A stretch of 64,000 bases of DNA, taken from positions 736,001-800,000 of the forward strand of contig CAVTJJ010000003.1 in NCBI GenBank assembly GCA_963735035.1. The letters run 5' to 3'. A program made the position numbers and the translations under genes. The DNA is from an uncultured candidate division Zixibacteria bacterium. Its GTDB lineage: Bacteria > Zixibacteria > MSB-5A5 > GN15 > FEB-12. Below, in pieces: positions 31,494 through 42,785 of the stretch. The first letter of the stretch is position 1. The number at the start of each line of letters is the position of its first letter. The notes below the pieces were generated by a model. The model did no database searches, was not told the origin of the DNA, and saw only the letters and a list, made by a program, of their open reading frames with translations.

Positions 31494-31968
31494 GAAGTCA
31501 CATCTTTCTCACGCATGCCCTATTAGTGGCCACGTATACCTAACATCGGACATGTAGTGCCCTCCCCCGTAGTCTGTCAAGGACAAAACTGATCATCTAA
31601 AGGCCATTGGACTGCCTGTAGTAGCAATATAAACCCTGCACCTATTGTTGAAAGACCAAAGGTGCCTTGGTCCCCCTTGCGACAGACCCGAAGACATACC
31701 CGATCCCAATCCGACTGCGCTATCAATAATTGACGAAACTCGATGGAGCACAATAAGGTACGAGAATTGAAACCTGTCGGTTTGATGCTGTGTGGAGCTA
31801 TCGTCCTGTGGCGAATTGTACCATACTTCCAGGCCAGCCCCGACCTAATCGCAAGAAACTTGACTCTCGCAATCGACAATCATAGCTTGGAGCAAGCGCA
31901 CTTTGTTCAGTCAGACGCGCGAAAATCATGAACGTAACGCTGTTCACTTATTCTGTCGAGGAGACCGT

Positions 31969-33195
31969 GTGAAACATCTCATTACACTACCGGCTGCTCT
32001 CGTGCTTGGCGTAATTCTGATTGCACTTCCTGCCGGCACGAACGCCCAATTTGGCAAGCTCAAGAACAAGCTCAAAGACAAGGTGAGTGAGAAGATCACC
32101 GAAACGAAGTCACCCAAAGATTCCACCTCGAACGACACGTCCGAAACGAGCTCGTCTCCTCAGACAGATTCGACCGGCCTGACAAGCTCGACCGACACAG
32201 CCACAGCCAAGGACAATTTCTCTCTGTACACCAAGTTCGATTTCGTGCCCGGCAATAACGTCCTCTACTATGATGACCTGGCGGGTGAAGAGGTCGGCGA
32301 ATTCCCGTCCCGGTGGAACCTGGTCGAAGGTGTCTTTGAGATTGCCAAGGTTGGTCCCGAGCCGTGGATCATGGTGTCAACTCAAGGCACGATCTCCCCC
32401 AAACTGAACGGACCGCTGCCCGACAAATATACGGTCGAGTTCGAGTTCTTGAATCGAACCAAGTCCTACCAGGGAAGTCATTTCATTGAATTCGAGTGGG
32501 TAGACGCCGAGGAAAACATACCGGCCCGCCTTCAAATCTGGAACAATCATCGAGCCACTTTCTACATGAATGATGGCAACAGTGGCGATAAAGTAATTTC
32601 TGAGATCGCCGTGCAGGAGGCCTGGGCAAGCGGCATACACTCTCTCCGAATGATGGTGACCAAGAGCTCGATCAAATGCTACATCGACGAGCAACGCGTA
32701 GTAAATGTGCCCAAGACGGAAGGTTTCGCGCCAACCGGTTTTAGGATCGCCTTCATGGCGAACGACGATGATTTTGCGGTGGAGAAGATGTTCGTTCGCA
32801 ATTTCCGCCTTGCCCAGGGAGGCAAGACGCTCAAAGAGCAGCTCGACGAAACCGGTAAGATAGTCACCCATGGCATATATTTCGATTCCGGCTCGGATCA
32901 GATAAAGGGGGAATCGTACAAGACCCTGGCCGATATCGGCCAACTCCTGACAGAGAATCCCGCTCTGAAGATCTCGATCGAGGGGCACACCGACAGCGAT
33001 GGCGCGGACAACGCCAACCTCGACCTCTCCCAGCGTCGGGCCGAGGCGGTACGGACTTACCTCATCGCCACGTTCAAGATTGATGCCGCCCGACTGGAAG
33101 CGAAAGGCTGGGGCGAAACCAAACCGATTGACGTTAACACATCGGCCGAGGGGAAAGCGAACAACCGGCGGGTCGAATTGGTCAAGCTTGGGTAG
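31969..33195 (+). CDS. OmpA family protein (start reassigned to GTG 31969)
   Basis: GAGGAG SD; signal peptide ending TNA|Q; C-terminal IYFDSGS..IEGHTDSDG..NLDLSQRRAEAV..NRRVEL. Confidence 0.9.
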   Translation: MKHLITLPAALVLGVILIALPAGTNAQFGKLKNKLKDKVSEKITETKSPKDSTSNDTSETSSSPQTDSTGLTSSTDTATAKDNFSLYTKFDFVPGNNVLYYDDLAGEEVGEFPSRWNLVEGVFEIAKVGPEPWIMVSTQGTISPKLNGPLPDKYTVEFEFLNRTKSYQGSHFIEFEWVDAEENIPARLQIWNNHRATFYMNDGNSGDKVISEIAVQEAWASGIHSLRMMVTKSSIKCYIDEQRVVNVPKTEGFAPTGFRIAFMANDDDFAVEKMFVRNFRLAQGGKTLKEQLDETGKIVTHGIYFDSGSDQIKGESYKTLADIGQLLTENPALKISIEGHTDSDGADNANLDLSQRRAEAVRTYLIATFKIDAARLEAKGWGETKPIDVNTSAEGKANNRRVELVKLG

Positions 33196-33436
33196 CCGGG
33201 CCACGCAAACATAGTCGTAGATTATCCCTAATTGGAATTGGTCTTGAAACAGTGGTCATCCCGGCTTCAGAAAAGAGCTGGCTCGGGCCGCGGCCAATTC
33301 GCAGGACCATCACCGGCAAACTCAAAAATAAGGCTGCCGGGAAGTCGTGTTCAGTGAACTTCCACGGCAGCCAATAACTGCAGGTTAGTAGCGGCGCAAC
33401 TGAGGTCTTCAACCTCGAATTGCTACCGTGACGGCC

Positions 33437-36400
33437 TTATTTCAGGAGCAGCATCTTACGTGTCTCCAGAAATTCGCCTGCCTTGATCCGGTAGAAGTAG
33501 ACACCGCTGGCGTATTGGCTCGCGTTCCAGTCGACCCGGTGATATCCGGCCGGCATCTCACGATCTACGAGGACATCTACCGTCTGGCCAAGAATATTGA
33601 AGATCGTCAGTTTCACCGCATTCGCTTTCGGAAGTGCGAACTCAATCGTGGTTACAGGATTGAACGGGTTGGGGTAGTTCTGCGAAAGCTCGAATCGGGT
33701 CGGGAGGTTCGGGTTGCCGTCCTTGACTGCCAGGCTCACATCCCGGTGAACCATGTCCGCGGCCTGAGCTTTTACCACCTCGTACTCTCCCGGCACGGAG
33801 ATCAACACCCATTCTCCCTTTTCAATCACAGCCGAGCTGTCGAGATCGACCAGACCCACCTTGAGCGTATCCCCATGACGCCCCTGAACGAGATCAAGTC
33901 CCAGTTCCGTGAGCTTGCGAGCAGGCGCAGTTCCCTTCCCGACCAGGCTCAACTGGACGCCTCGCAGTACCATATCGGTCGACAGGAAGAGGCTGGTAGT
34001 GTCGTTGCTGACGGATCGCCACAGGGTGGGCTCGACCGCCGCCATTTTCGCCTGCGGAACGGGTACAGTCTGCGTACAGGAGATCAAATCACGCTGCGAA
34101 ATGAAGAGGTGGTCGACACCGTAGGTTATGTCGCTAATCGTAATGGCGCGCTCCGGATCGGCGTTTAGATTACTCTCGTCGATACACGCCAGTGGGGGGC
34201 AACTGATGAACAGGTGGTCGATAAGAGCTGAGATATCACCGATGGTGCATTCGACCCCGTCCTGGTTGACATCACCACGCACGCCCTGACAGCAGGACGC
34301 AATGGTGAAGCAGTACGGTCCACCCCAGACCGGGTAGGTGTGGCCGGTCCAGTCTCTCCCCGGAAAGTCTCCGTAATACCAGCCCCACGTGTTGCTACCG
34401 TTGGGTAGGTAATCGAAATTGTCAATACAGATCTCCTTGCCGATGTCATCGCATGATACCTGAGTCTCTATATACCAGGCGATTCCCCCGGCCCCGGGCG
34501 GTAGCTTGTAGCCAGCCAAAGGCATAATGGAACCGACAAACGTCACCGAGTCGACCGTTTCGTTATGGTGGATCGAAGTAAAGGTCATGCCGCCCTCCAG
34601 ATACGCCGAGTCCCATACCGGCCCCTCCAAAGCCCATTTCACCACGATTGGATCAAAAGTGGCGCCATCAGGCGACGAAATTGTGAAACCGTTAACTACT
34701 GCCGTGATCGGCTTAGTCTGATCGTTCTGAATGCTCAGTACAAAGCGGACAGTCTGGCCACAGGTAAACTCCGGCCCTGTCGGAGCCAACAATTCCACCG
34801 TCCCGCCGAGCCCGCACGTAGTGTGGGTTGTCTGCACCCAGGGTGTAGTGATATAACCATCCGTCGCCCGTGCCCGCCAGTGATAGACGGTTGCCAGTTC
34901 GCCATCGAAGTTAAGTTTCAGGCTCGGCGACGGGCTATGTTCCACCTGGGTGATGATGTTCTCCATCGCAGAATCACGCGCGAATTGGATATCGTAGTAG
35001 ACCGAATCCTTTTCAGGATCAGTACAACCAGAGAAAGACAAGCCCTCAATGTGTCGATTCCCAGGGTAGTGGGCAGGCGTAAACTGCGGCGTCGACGGTC
35101 CGGCGTTGATGTGTATGAAAAGGTACTTCCAGCTTCCCCAATTAGTGCCGTTGCTTACGTGTACCCGTGCTATATAGTTCGTCCCCCGGGTCAGAGCCGG
35201 CCCGCTGTAGGCAGCCAAGGTATCTACAGACGTTACTTCACCGGTCGTCCAGATACCGCCGCCCTCCCAGGTAGTCGGGAAAGCAGCCAGTTGCAGTTCG
35301 TAGAACTGCTGGGTGCCCACCGTGTCTTTGAAACTCCAGTAGAACGTGGGTGATAATGACATCACGTGATCCTGGACTTCGTCACCAACGTTGATATTCT
35401 CAGCCACCGGCAGGATCTGTGGCGACTGGTAAGGAAAAGCACCTATGTCGCCACGCGTTCCATCGGCATCCACAAACTCCGCAGCGGGATCGCCAGTGTC
35501 AATGCAGGGCGAGCCCGCCGTCAAATGGAAATCACTGTGTGCTGAGTCCGCAAACATTGGATCAGCCGATATACTCCTAGTACCGGGAGTAACCCCGAAG
35601 TAGTTGCCGTCGGCGTTCATATAAGCATCGTTGTAATTGCACGCGACGTTAACATTGGAGAGCACTGCCCAACCTGGGCCGTTGTTGGCAAAAATGTTGT
35701 TTCTTACGTCAACATCGTTCCCGTTCGATTGGGTGAAAGCCAGACATGACCCGCCATAACGGCCGGGAGTGTAGACGGCCTGGACGGTGGTCTGATTGCC
35801 GACGAACGTATTGCCGTGGATCTTCAATTTCAAAGAGTTGCTTGCCCTGATCGCCCCACCCAGATTTGCCTTGTTGTTAGTAAAGAGATTATTTTTGATA
35901 GTGCAATTCTTGGTGTCACTGAGACAGATCCCACCGCCGTATCCACTGAGTCCCAGGTTATTGAACCAGTTGGATTCCACGAGAGCTGAACCGTTTGCGA
36001 TGCGTATACCGCCGCCGCTCGTGCCGTTGTTGCAACTGTTCAGGAATTGATTGTTCCGCACGACTACCTGATCGGTGGTACTGTCGACATACAAAGGCGT
36101 TCTGCCGCAATTAGTGAAGATGCATCCTTCTACTAAGGCCGCCGCGCCATTCAATAGGATTCCCTGGCCGCCGGGGTTTTGAAAGGTAAGATTGCTTATT
36201 GTGGAAACTCCTCGGCTGCCGTTCAATGTAATCAGGGCAGACTGCCAATAAGTAGTACTGGTGATAATCGTAACATCGGGCCCGTCACTGGACGTGAGGA
36301 CAACTACCTTTCCGTCGAAATCAATATTCTCCCGGTAGGTTCCCGGCCCAACAATGACCGAATCGCCGTCAAACGCCGCCGCTACAGCCGCAGATATAGT

Positions 36401-39400
36401 CGCATGATCATCCGGCACCCTTCTTCGACCGGTGAGGCTCACCCGCACAACGGCCGAACTCCAATCACCCCATTCTGTCCCGTCATGCACCCGCAGACGC
36501 AGGAAATATGTCGTGAGATCGACAAGAGCTGGTCCACCATACACCAGATTCCCATCTCCGGATGCAACCGGACCGGAAGTCCAGATCGGGGTGGCCAGCC
36601 ACAGAGGATCTGTTCCCAATTGTGCCTCGTGCTGATTCTGAGTTGTCGATAACGGATCGAGATAGGTCCAGGTGATGGTCGGGGTACCGCTCTTCAGCAC
36701 ACCGTAGGCGTTGACCGGTTCGAGAGCAATATTTGCGGCAATCGGATAATCGACCGGTGAGCCGCTGACGGCCCCGATATCACTGCGACTGCCGTCCGGA
36801 TCGTTGTGGGATGGATCCGGGTCCCCGGCATTCATACACGGCGAATCAAATCGAAGAGCGAAAGTATTGCCAGCCGTGTCAACTATCAGCGGATTGACCG
36901 ACATACCGCCGGGAATTTCCGTAAACCCGACTCGATTGGACAACTGGTTTCCGTAGGCATTGTTATATCGCACATTGGCGGAATAGGTGGATATAATCCC
37001 CGCTCCTTTGTTGAATATGACCAGATTATTGTAATAGTTTCCAGCACAACCAATGCTAAGTCCGTCACCTTCGGTACCGTATATTGTGTTGTTAACAACT
37101 TCCACATTACCGGACTGCGTCTGCAGACCCTGCACGTTGCGGGCAAAGATGTTGTTTCGGGCGGAGCCTGTTCCGGCCCGTAGTCTGGCCGCCAGAGTGC
37201 TTCCCGTGACGTAGTTGCTGTCCAGGCGGTATTGCCCCAGGAGAACAACTGCCCGGTTGTTGTCGACGAATTCGCAGTGCACAGAACTCACGGATTTCGC
37301 AAAACCGCTGTTCAGGGCGGTTCCCGTTAGACCTACGAATCGGCAATCACGAATATCGCAACTTGCGCTGTCTCGTAATAGGATTCCGCAACTGCCATCA
37401 GTGAAGGTCAGTCCAACAATGGTCAATTGGGAGCTCCCTGGCAGAACTGTGATTGTCGCCTCTGCCCCTGGCATCGATTGGAGGATAGTTGAAGCGGCCT
37501 CCCCCGTGGACATCAGGACCAGTCCTTCACACTCCGCTATCACGCTCTCACGATATGTTCCCGGCTCGATGAATATCGTATCACCTTCCACGGCATAATC
37601 AAACGCATCATGAATCGAAGTCATGTCACTGGGGACATGGATCGACCCGGCCCCCTTGAACCGACCGCTTATTTCGTACCAGTCGCCCCATTGGCTACCA
37701 TTGTACAGGCGAATGCGAAAATAGTAGATTACGAAGCTACTCAAAGGCGGACCACTGTAGAAGATATCCGTTTCTGACCCGCTTATCGGCCCCTGGTCCC
37801 ACACCTCGGCTACGTCCCAATATGAATCAGTGCCGACCTGAATCTGGTACATTTGCTGGGTCGTGGGTTGATCATCGACATATTCCCAGCGCAGCTCCGG
37901 AACCAGAGTATAGAATGATACTATCTCGAAGTTGTGAACAAACGGCATCGGCAGTGCTTCGAACCATAAAGCGCCAACATCATTGCGACTGCCGTCCGGA
38001 TCGTTGTAAGACGAATCGGGATCGCCGACGTCGACGGCCGCCGATCCTGGCAGAAGACGTGCATCCCCCAGAGCCGGGTTGGCCAGCATGGGATCGCCGA
38101 AGATCTGCACGCTGCTGTCATAACCCAGGTGGTCTTCCCAGGGAGCCCCGTTTTCCCAGAACAGGTTATGTGAAACATGAGCCAATTCCAGGTCAATCCG
38201 GTAGTCTGACTCGCAGTCAGCGATTGCCTCATAGCGACAGTGTGCAAAGATGTTGTTGTAGACATTGATATCGAAATATTCCGAACTGGCGGAATAGTAT
38301 TCGTCGTTGGTAATGGCCCGGTCATTTCCCCAGAATGTGTTATTGGTTATGTATGCCGAACTGCCCGGTGCTAGAACAGGGATGCGAATAGCGCTCTCGC
38401 CTCCATTGTTAATAAAGAGATTACGCTTGATGTCGATGCGCCGGTTATCGTTGCCCAGAATTACGATAGTTGACGGAGAGACCTGCTGCCAAGTGAAATC
38501 GGGATCGATGTGGATCTGGTTGTCACGGAGGATATTATCTCTGATCGTAGCTGCGCTGTATTGTATGAGGACGGCTGGCGGTCCGGATGCTCCGGTAATG
38601 GTTAGTCCGGCGATTTCGGGCACACCGTAGCTATTGTATCCATATTGGATGCTGATAATCGGCAAATCCAGGGATGCCGGGAGGAGAATAGTATTTTCCG
38701 CTCCCGTTTCGCCCAGGACCAACACCTGACGGTTGATGGCGATTTCGAGGTTCTCTTTGTATTCGCCCGGCGCGATCAGCACAGTATCGCCGGGGAGTGA
38801 CGCATTGATAGCAGCTTGTATCGTGGGGTACTCTGAGGGCACTCGTAGCGCCAGCGAGCCGCCACGGATCATGATGATCGATTGCAGCGGGTTGATCAGG
38901 CCGGAGCCCAACTGACCCGCCAGATCCGGATTGAGATGATCGAGGCTCGTAGCCGTCGAAATAATGGCGTCAATCACTTCCTGGCGCGTGGCCGAAGGTT
39001 TATAGGTCCAGAGCAGGGCCGCCTGGGCCGCCACGAACGGTGCGGCGAAACTGGTTCCTCCCCACCAGGCGTAACTGTCGCCGAGATACGGACCATAGAT
39101 ACCGGTGCCGGGGGCGCAAACATCAATGTTGGAACCGTAGCAGGAGAAATCGGCCAGAAGATCGAGCGTATCGACCGCGGCCACACCCAAAACGTTGGGA
39201 TCCGAAGCTGGGAAATGAGCGCCCGGCGTATGGCCATTGCCTGCCGCGGCCACGATCAGAACCTGATGTTCGGCCGCATAGGCCGCCGCCGCCGCGATCG
39301 CGTCATGGCGTTCGATCGTAACCAGGCTGAGATTGATTACCTTGCATCCGTCATTCACCGCCTGGATGATCGCCTCTGCCAGAACATATGCATTGCCCAG

Positions 39401-40045
39401 ACCATCAAGACCGGTGACGCGATAGACATAGATGTCCGCTTCGGGGGCGACCAATCTGGTGACACCCGCCACGAAAGTACCGTGACCACTGTTAGCTCCG
39501 CCTTCTTCGTCGAAGGGATCGTTGTCGGAATCGACGTAGTCACGGCGTTTGACTACATTATCCTTGAGAAGGGGATGATTGTAATTCACACCGCCGTCGA
39601 GCACCGCCACGCGTACCCCGGCACCGGTGGCCTGAACATGCACCTGATCGAGACCGAGGTGGGTTGCCGCTTCCTGGTTGCGGAAATCTCCTGTGCGCTG
39701 ATTATCCGATACCGGCAGGCTTCCCTGTACACCCTTGAGAGGATCGACCAGGAAATTCGGCTGGCAAAACGCCACCCCAGGCATCGCGGCCACAACCGCC
39801 GCCAGAGAGTCCAGATCGGGACCGGTCGGCAGCGAAAGCAGGTATATCTCCAATTGGCTCAACTGCTGCTCGACCGTCGCACCGACCGATGAGACAACTT
39901 CATCTACGGAATGGCCTGGCTGCATCTTGAGAACCAGCGAACCATCCTCATAGCGCGTTGAGCCGTTGACCATACCGCTGAGTGAGATACCCAGGATCAA
40001 CACGCCTATTGTGATTCTCAAGACTGTAGTTCGGGGACTGCCCAT
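33437..40045 (-). CDS. Giant secreted S8 subtilase with three beta-helix/Fn3-like repeats, dockerin-like pair and T9SS-type C-terminal sorting domain (~2200 aa; start ATG 40045)
   Basis: AAGGAGG SD; signal peptide; triad VAVLDGG / SGHGTFVAG / GTSFAAP plus AAGN; GDVNQDG..IGDISALIDHLF; NYPNPFNP...SGVYFYRI...RKMLLLK. Confidence 0.9.
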   Translation of the reverse strand: MGSPRTTVLRITIGVLILGISLSGMVNGSTRYEDGSLVLKMQPGHSVDEVVSSVGATVEQQLSQLEIYLLSLPTGPDLDSLAAVVAAMPGVAFCQPNFLVDPLKGVQGSLPVSDNQRTGDFRNQEAATHLGLDQVHVQATGAGVRVAVLDGGVNYNHPLLKDNVVKRRDYVDSDNDPFDEEGGANSGHGTFVAGVTRLVAPEADIYVYRVTGLDGLGNAYVLAEAIIQAVNDGCKVINLSLVTIERHDAIAAAAAYAAEHQVLIVAAAGNGHTPGAHFPASDPNVLGVAAVDTLDLLADFSCYGSNIDVCAPGTGIYGPYLGDSYAWWGGTSFAAPFVAAQAALLWTYKPSATRQEVIDAIISTATSLDHLNPDLAGQLGSGLINPLQSIIMIRGGSLALRVPSEYPTIQAAINASLPGDTVLIAPGEYKENLEIAINRQVLVLGETGAENTILLPASLDLPIISIQYGYNSYGVPEIAGLTITGASGPPAVLIQYSAATIRDNILRDNQIHIDPDFTWQQVSPSTIVILGNDNRRIDIKRNLFINNGGESAIRIPVLAPGSSAYITNNTFWGNDRAITNDEYYSASSEYFDINVYNNIFAHCRYEAIADCESDYRIDLELAHVSHNLFWENGAPWEDHLGYDSSVQIFGDPMLANPALGDARLLPGSAAVDVGDPDSSYNDPDGSRNDVGALWFEALPMPFVHNFEIVSFYTLVPELRWEYVDDQPTTQQMYQIQVGTDSYWDVAEVWDQGPISGSETDIFYSGPPLSSFVIYYFRIRLYNGSQWGDWYEISGRFKGAGSIHVPSDMTSIHDAFDYAVEGDTIFIEPGTYRESVIAECEGLVLMSTGEAASTILQSMPGAEATITVLPGSSQLTIVGLTFTDGSCGILLRDSASCDIRDCRFVGLTGTALNSGFAKSVSSVHCEFVDNNRAVVLLGQYRLDSNYVTGSTLAARLRAGTGSARNNIFARNVQGLQTQSGNVEVVNNTIYGTEGDGLSIGCAGNYYNNLVIFNKGAGIISTYSANVRYNNAYGNQLSNRVGFTEIPGGMSVNPLIVDTAGNTFALRFDSPCMNAGDPDPSHNDPDGSRSDIGAVSGSPVDYPIAANIALEPVNAYGVLKSGTPTITWTYLDPLSTTQNQHEAQLGTDPLWLATPIWTSGPVASGDGNLVYGGPALVDLTTYFLRLRVHDGTEWGDWSSAVVRVSLTGRRRVPDDHATISAAVAAAFDGDSVIVGPGTYRENIDFDGKVVVLTSSDGPDVTIITSTTYWQSALITLNGSRGVSTISNLTFQNPGGQGILLNGAAALVEGCIFTNCGRTPLYVDSTTDQVVVRNNQFLNSCNNGTSGGGIRIANGSALVESNWFNNLGLSGYGGGICLSDTKNCTIKNNLFTNNKANLGGAIRASNSLKLKIHGNTFVGNQTTVQAVYTPGRYGGSCLAFTQSNGNDVDVRNNIFANNGPGWAVLSNVNVACNYNDAYMNADGNYFGVTPGTRSISADPMFADSAHSDFHLTAGSPCIDTGDPAAEFVDADGTRGDIGAFPYQSPQILPVAENINVGDEVQDHVMSLSPTFYWSFKDTVGTQQFYELQLAAFPTTWEGGGIWTTGEVTSVDTLAAYSGPALTRGTNYIARVHVSNGTNWGSWKYLFIHINAGPSTPQFTPAHYPGNRHIEGLSFSGCTDPEKDSVYYDIQFARDSAMENIITQVEHSPSPSLKLNFDGELATVYHWRARATDGYITTPWVQTTHTTCGLGGTVELLAPTGPEFTCGQTVRFVLSIQNDQTKPITAVVNGFTISSPDGATFDPIVVKWALEGPVWDSAYLEGGMTFTSIHHNETVDSVTFVGSIMPLAGYKLPPGAGGIAWYIETQVSCDDIGKEICIDNFDYLPNGSNTWGWYYGDFPGRDWTGHTYPVWGGPYCFTIASCCQGVRGDVNQDGVECTIGDISALIDHLFISCPPLACIDESNLNADPERAITISDITYGVDHLFISQRDLISCTQTVPVPQAKMAAVEPTLWRSVSNDTTSLFLSTDMVLRGVQLSLVGKGTAPARKLTELGLDLVQGRHGDTLKVGLVDLDSSAVIEKGEWVLISVPGEYEVVKAQAADMVHRDVSLAVKDGNPNLPTRFELSQNYPNPFNPVTTIEFALPKANAVKLTIFNILGQTVDVLVDREMPAGYHRVDWNASQYASGVYFYRIKAGEFLETRKMLLLK

Positions 40046-40055
40046 ATCTTCCTCC

Positions 40056-42785
40056 TTATCCTGCTCCGTAAACGGAGAAGGATGCCCAATCATAGACCGA
40101 TGGATATTTCTGTCTGACGGTAAGCGATGCTTCACGCACAGCGTCGCATACACTCTGACCGCTCAAAATCGATTTGTAATAATGACCGATCCACACCGCG
40201 GCCGAATTGTCGGATACCGCCCAATGGCTGCCTACCACGTTGCGGCTGCCCATCTCCAGAAGACAACGCACAAGCCCGGTGGCTTCCTCACCCGGCGCCA
40301 CCGACTGGTGGGCTGTCCGACAGGCAGCCAACGTCACCAGGCCAACCCGGCAGTTCTTCAACCTGAAATCGGCCCCGAACAACGGACCGTCCTGAAGTTG
40401 AAGTGAAGAATAGAACGGATTGTCGGTTCGGTAGCGGGCATGTCCTGTGAAATGCCACATGGCCCACTCGCCCTCAGAGGGCCAGTCCTCGCGTTGACAC
40501 GGATCGTGCAGCTCCAATTCGACCGAGGCACGAAGCAGCCCGGCAAGTTCTTCGTGGGTGGGGACTAGATTTGTCTTGTCGCCCACGAAGACACCGACCC
40601 GTCCCTGCGGCGAAACGTCAAGAGTCCGCGCGTACAGGTGATGTTGCACACTCGGCGAAATGATCAAGCTGTGATCAAGAATCACAGCACGCTTCCCGTG
40701 TATGAATGCCGACCAGGGCAGAGTGGATAAGAGTCCGTCCGGCACAATAAGTACCTTGCGGTGTTCGTGTCCAATTTCGAGCGGGCTCCAGAAGAAATCG
40801 CCCATTTGGGTAAAGAGACGGCGCTCGTCATCCAGATCAGCCGACGTGCACCCGGAAGCTGACAGCAATGACCGATTGAGCTGCACCTGCCATGCGCCGG
40901 ACCATTCAGGAAGCAGTCGTCGCGCACCACGATATCGACACACCCGCGATGAACCGCGCTCATGGACAATTGCCACTATGTCTTCCTTCTGAAGACAGAA
41001 CTGCACCACCGGGTACTCGGCCGACACAGCCTGCAGGCCGGAACGAAATCGCCTTAACCATGGTTCGAGACGTCGCGGCTGTTGCTCCATCATGGCGAGG
41101 TTGTCGCGCACTTCGCGCTGGAGACGGCGCAACGAAGGATGTGACGCGAAACCATCGCCTGATCGCGTGCCGGGAACCGGACCGATCTGCTCGGCCAGAG
41201 CCGATACTTGACGCGCCAGTCGGGAAAGCGATTCCTCAGCCTGAGTACGCTTGGCCGCCGCAGCGAACGACGCGCCGGAGGCCGCCCAAATTCCAACCGT
41301 CTTGAAACGGTCGATCCAGGTGGTTGCGCACACCGGATTGTCGTCTATCGTGTGGGCTATTAATCGCTCATAGGGATCGGTCCGACCATGCGTGAAGGTG
41401 GAGCGGAGTTCCACCGGTGGCAGTTTGGCCCGCACCAAATCAAGCACTTCCGCCGCTCGTGTCCAGTGACCCATGGCGCTGGCGAAAGCACCGCGCTTGT
41501 ATTCACGGTCTCCCTGTATTGTCTGATAATGCGCCAGAAGATACGGCACACTCTTTACGGCGGGATTGCGGCTAAGCCGGCGCCGGGCCGTGTCATCATC
41601 CGGCATATCCGTGAGCAGTTGCAGATCGCTTATAGCGGCCCAGAGAGGGAGTTGACGGTCGGCTAACTTGCTGCGAATCTGTCTCAACCTTGACGGCTTC
41701 GCCGCCTGGCCGGGGGCAACCTGGACTTCGAAAAGTCGGACAGCCGTCCGGAACTCCTTGTTCTTTTCCAGAGAGAATTCGCGTCGCGCCCGCCTCAAGG
41801 CGCGGCTAACCTCGGCCCCGCGGCCGAGCACATGGGCAGATCGAGCCCGAAAGAAAGCCGCTTTGCCCGCTTCATAATGCAGGCCCAGGCTATGCGAACG
41901 GCGCTCCGCCTCTCGTGCTGCACTCAGGGCATCCGCAAAGAGATTCAGTCCAAGGTACACTTCGGCGCGATCTAGTACACACAGCAGCACACCCTTGTTC
42001 TGCCGCACCTGCCGATACTTCTCTTCACACTCGTACAGCAGACGCAGCGCGACATGATAGTCGTTGCTCAACACTGCCAGCCAGGCCAGACCGTAGTTGC
42101 TCTCGTTGACAAACAGATCGTGAAGCTGGCGGCCGAAATTCTCCCGCGCCTTCTCGTAGTATTTCCGGGCTTCATCGAACTCGAAGAGCTGGACCAGGGT
42201 GTTGGCCAGATTGTAGTAGCACAATCCCAGCACCAGTTCGTTCCCGCTCCCCCGCTCGAGATGCCGACGGGCCGTCTCGTAGTTGCGGCGTGCTTCACGG
42301 TGACGGTCCTGCCGATGCAAGAGATTGCCGTAATTGATACGGGTCTTGGCTACCTGGTCCAGGTCCCCGAGTTTTTGAAAAGTAACCATGGCCATACGGG
42401 CCCGACGTCGCGCCACCACCGGGCGTCCCAGATACATATAAACATCTATCAAAATCTTGTCGATTTGGGCGCGATTGAAGGGGCTTCGGACAACCAGCGC
42501 GCGAGCTTCCTGATAAGCCGCCTCTGCTTCCGGATATTTCCCGGAACAAAGACTGGTCCAGCCGAGGCACCTTAGCGCGATCTGTAACGGCATTTCGGAC
42601 TGGGCGCGGGTGAGCTTGACGAACTTCTTCGCCATCGCGTGTGCCCGGGGGATCGATCGTTGGGTTTCCGCCCGAACCAGGCGATCACACGCCGTGGTCA
42701 ATTCATGAGGGTCTATTCCGTCAGCGTGACCGGATTTGAGAAATCTCCTGGCCGCCGCCTCAGAACTGCGCCGCTCTACTACCAC
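40056..42785 (-). CDS. TPR-CHAT domain protease (copy 1)
   Basis: TPR-like helices (NYGNLL, YYNLANTL); CHAT motifs LIVPDGLLSTLPW, HFTGHA, LVTLAACRT, SHWAVSD and WASF. Confidence 0.9.
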   Translation of the reverse strand: MVVERRSSEAAARRFLKSGHADGIDPHELTTACDRLVRAETQRSIPRAHAMAKKFVKLTRAQSEMPLQIALRCLGWTSLCSGKYPEAEAAYQEARALVVRSPFNRAQIDKILIDVYMYLGRPVVARRRARMAMVTFQKLGDLDQVAKTRINYGNLLHRQDRHREARRNYETARRHLERGSGNELVLGLCYYNLANTLVQLFEFDEARKYYEKARENFGRQLHDLFVNESNYGLAWLAVLSNDYHVALRLLYECEEKYRQVRQNKGVLLCVLDRAEVYLGLNLFADALSAAREAERRSHSLGLHYEAGKAAFFRARSAHVLGRGAEVSRALRRARREFSLEKNKEFRTAVRLFEVQVAPGQAAKPSRLRQIRSKLADRQLPLWAAISDLQLLTDMPDDDTARRRLSRNPAVKSVPYLLAHYQTIQGDREYKRGAFASAMGHWTRAAEVLDLVRAKLPPVELRSTFTHGRTDPYERLIAHTIDDNPVCATTWIDRFKTVGIWAASGASFAAAAKRTQAEESLSRLARQVSALAEQIGPVPGTRSGDGFASHPSLRRLQREVRDNLAMMEQQPRRLEPWLRRFRSGLQAVSAEYPVVQFCLQKEDIVAIVHERGSSRVCRYRGARRLLPEWSGAWQVQLNRSLLSASGCTSADLDDERRLFTQMGDFFWSPLEIGHEHRKVLIVPDGLLSTLPWSAFIHGKRAVILDHSLIISPSVQHHLYARTLDVSPQGRVGVFVGDKTNLVPTHEELAGLLRASVELELHDPCQREDWPSEGEWAMWHFTGHARYRTDNPFYSSLQLQDGPLFGADFRLKNCRVGLVTLAACRTAHQSVAPGEEATGLVRCLLEMGSRNVVGSHWAVSDNSAAVWIGHYYKSILSGQSVCDAVREASLTVRQKYPSVYDWASFSVYGAG

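Noticed and set aside
32377..39892. Opposite-strand ORFs over ompA and the giant S8 gene (e.g. 32377..33204, 33428..34168, 38882..39892)
   Set aside because: Fully overlap well-supported genes; typical GC-rich antisense shadows
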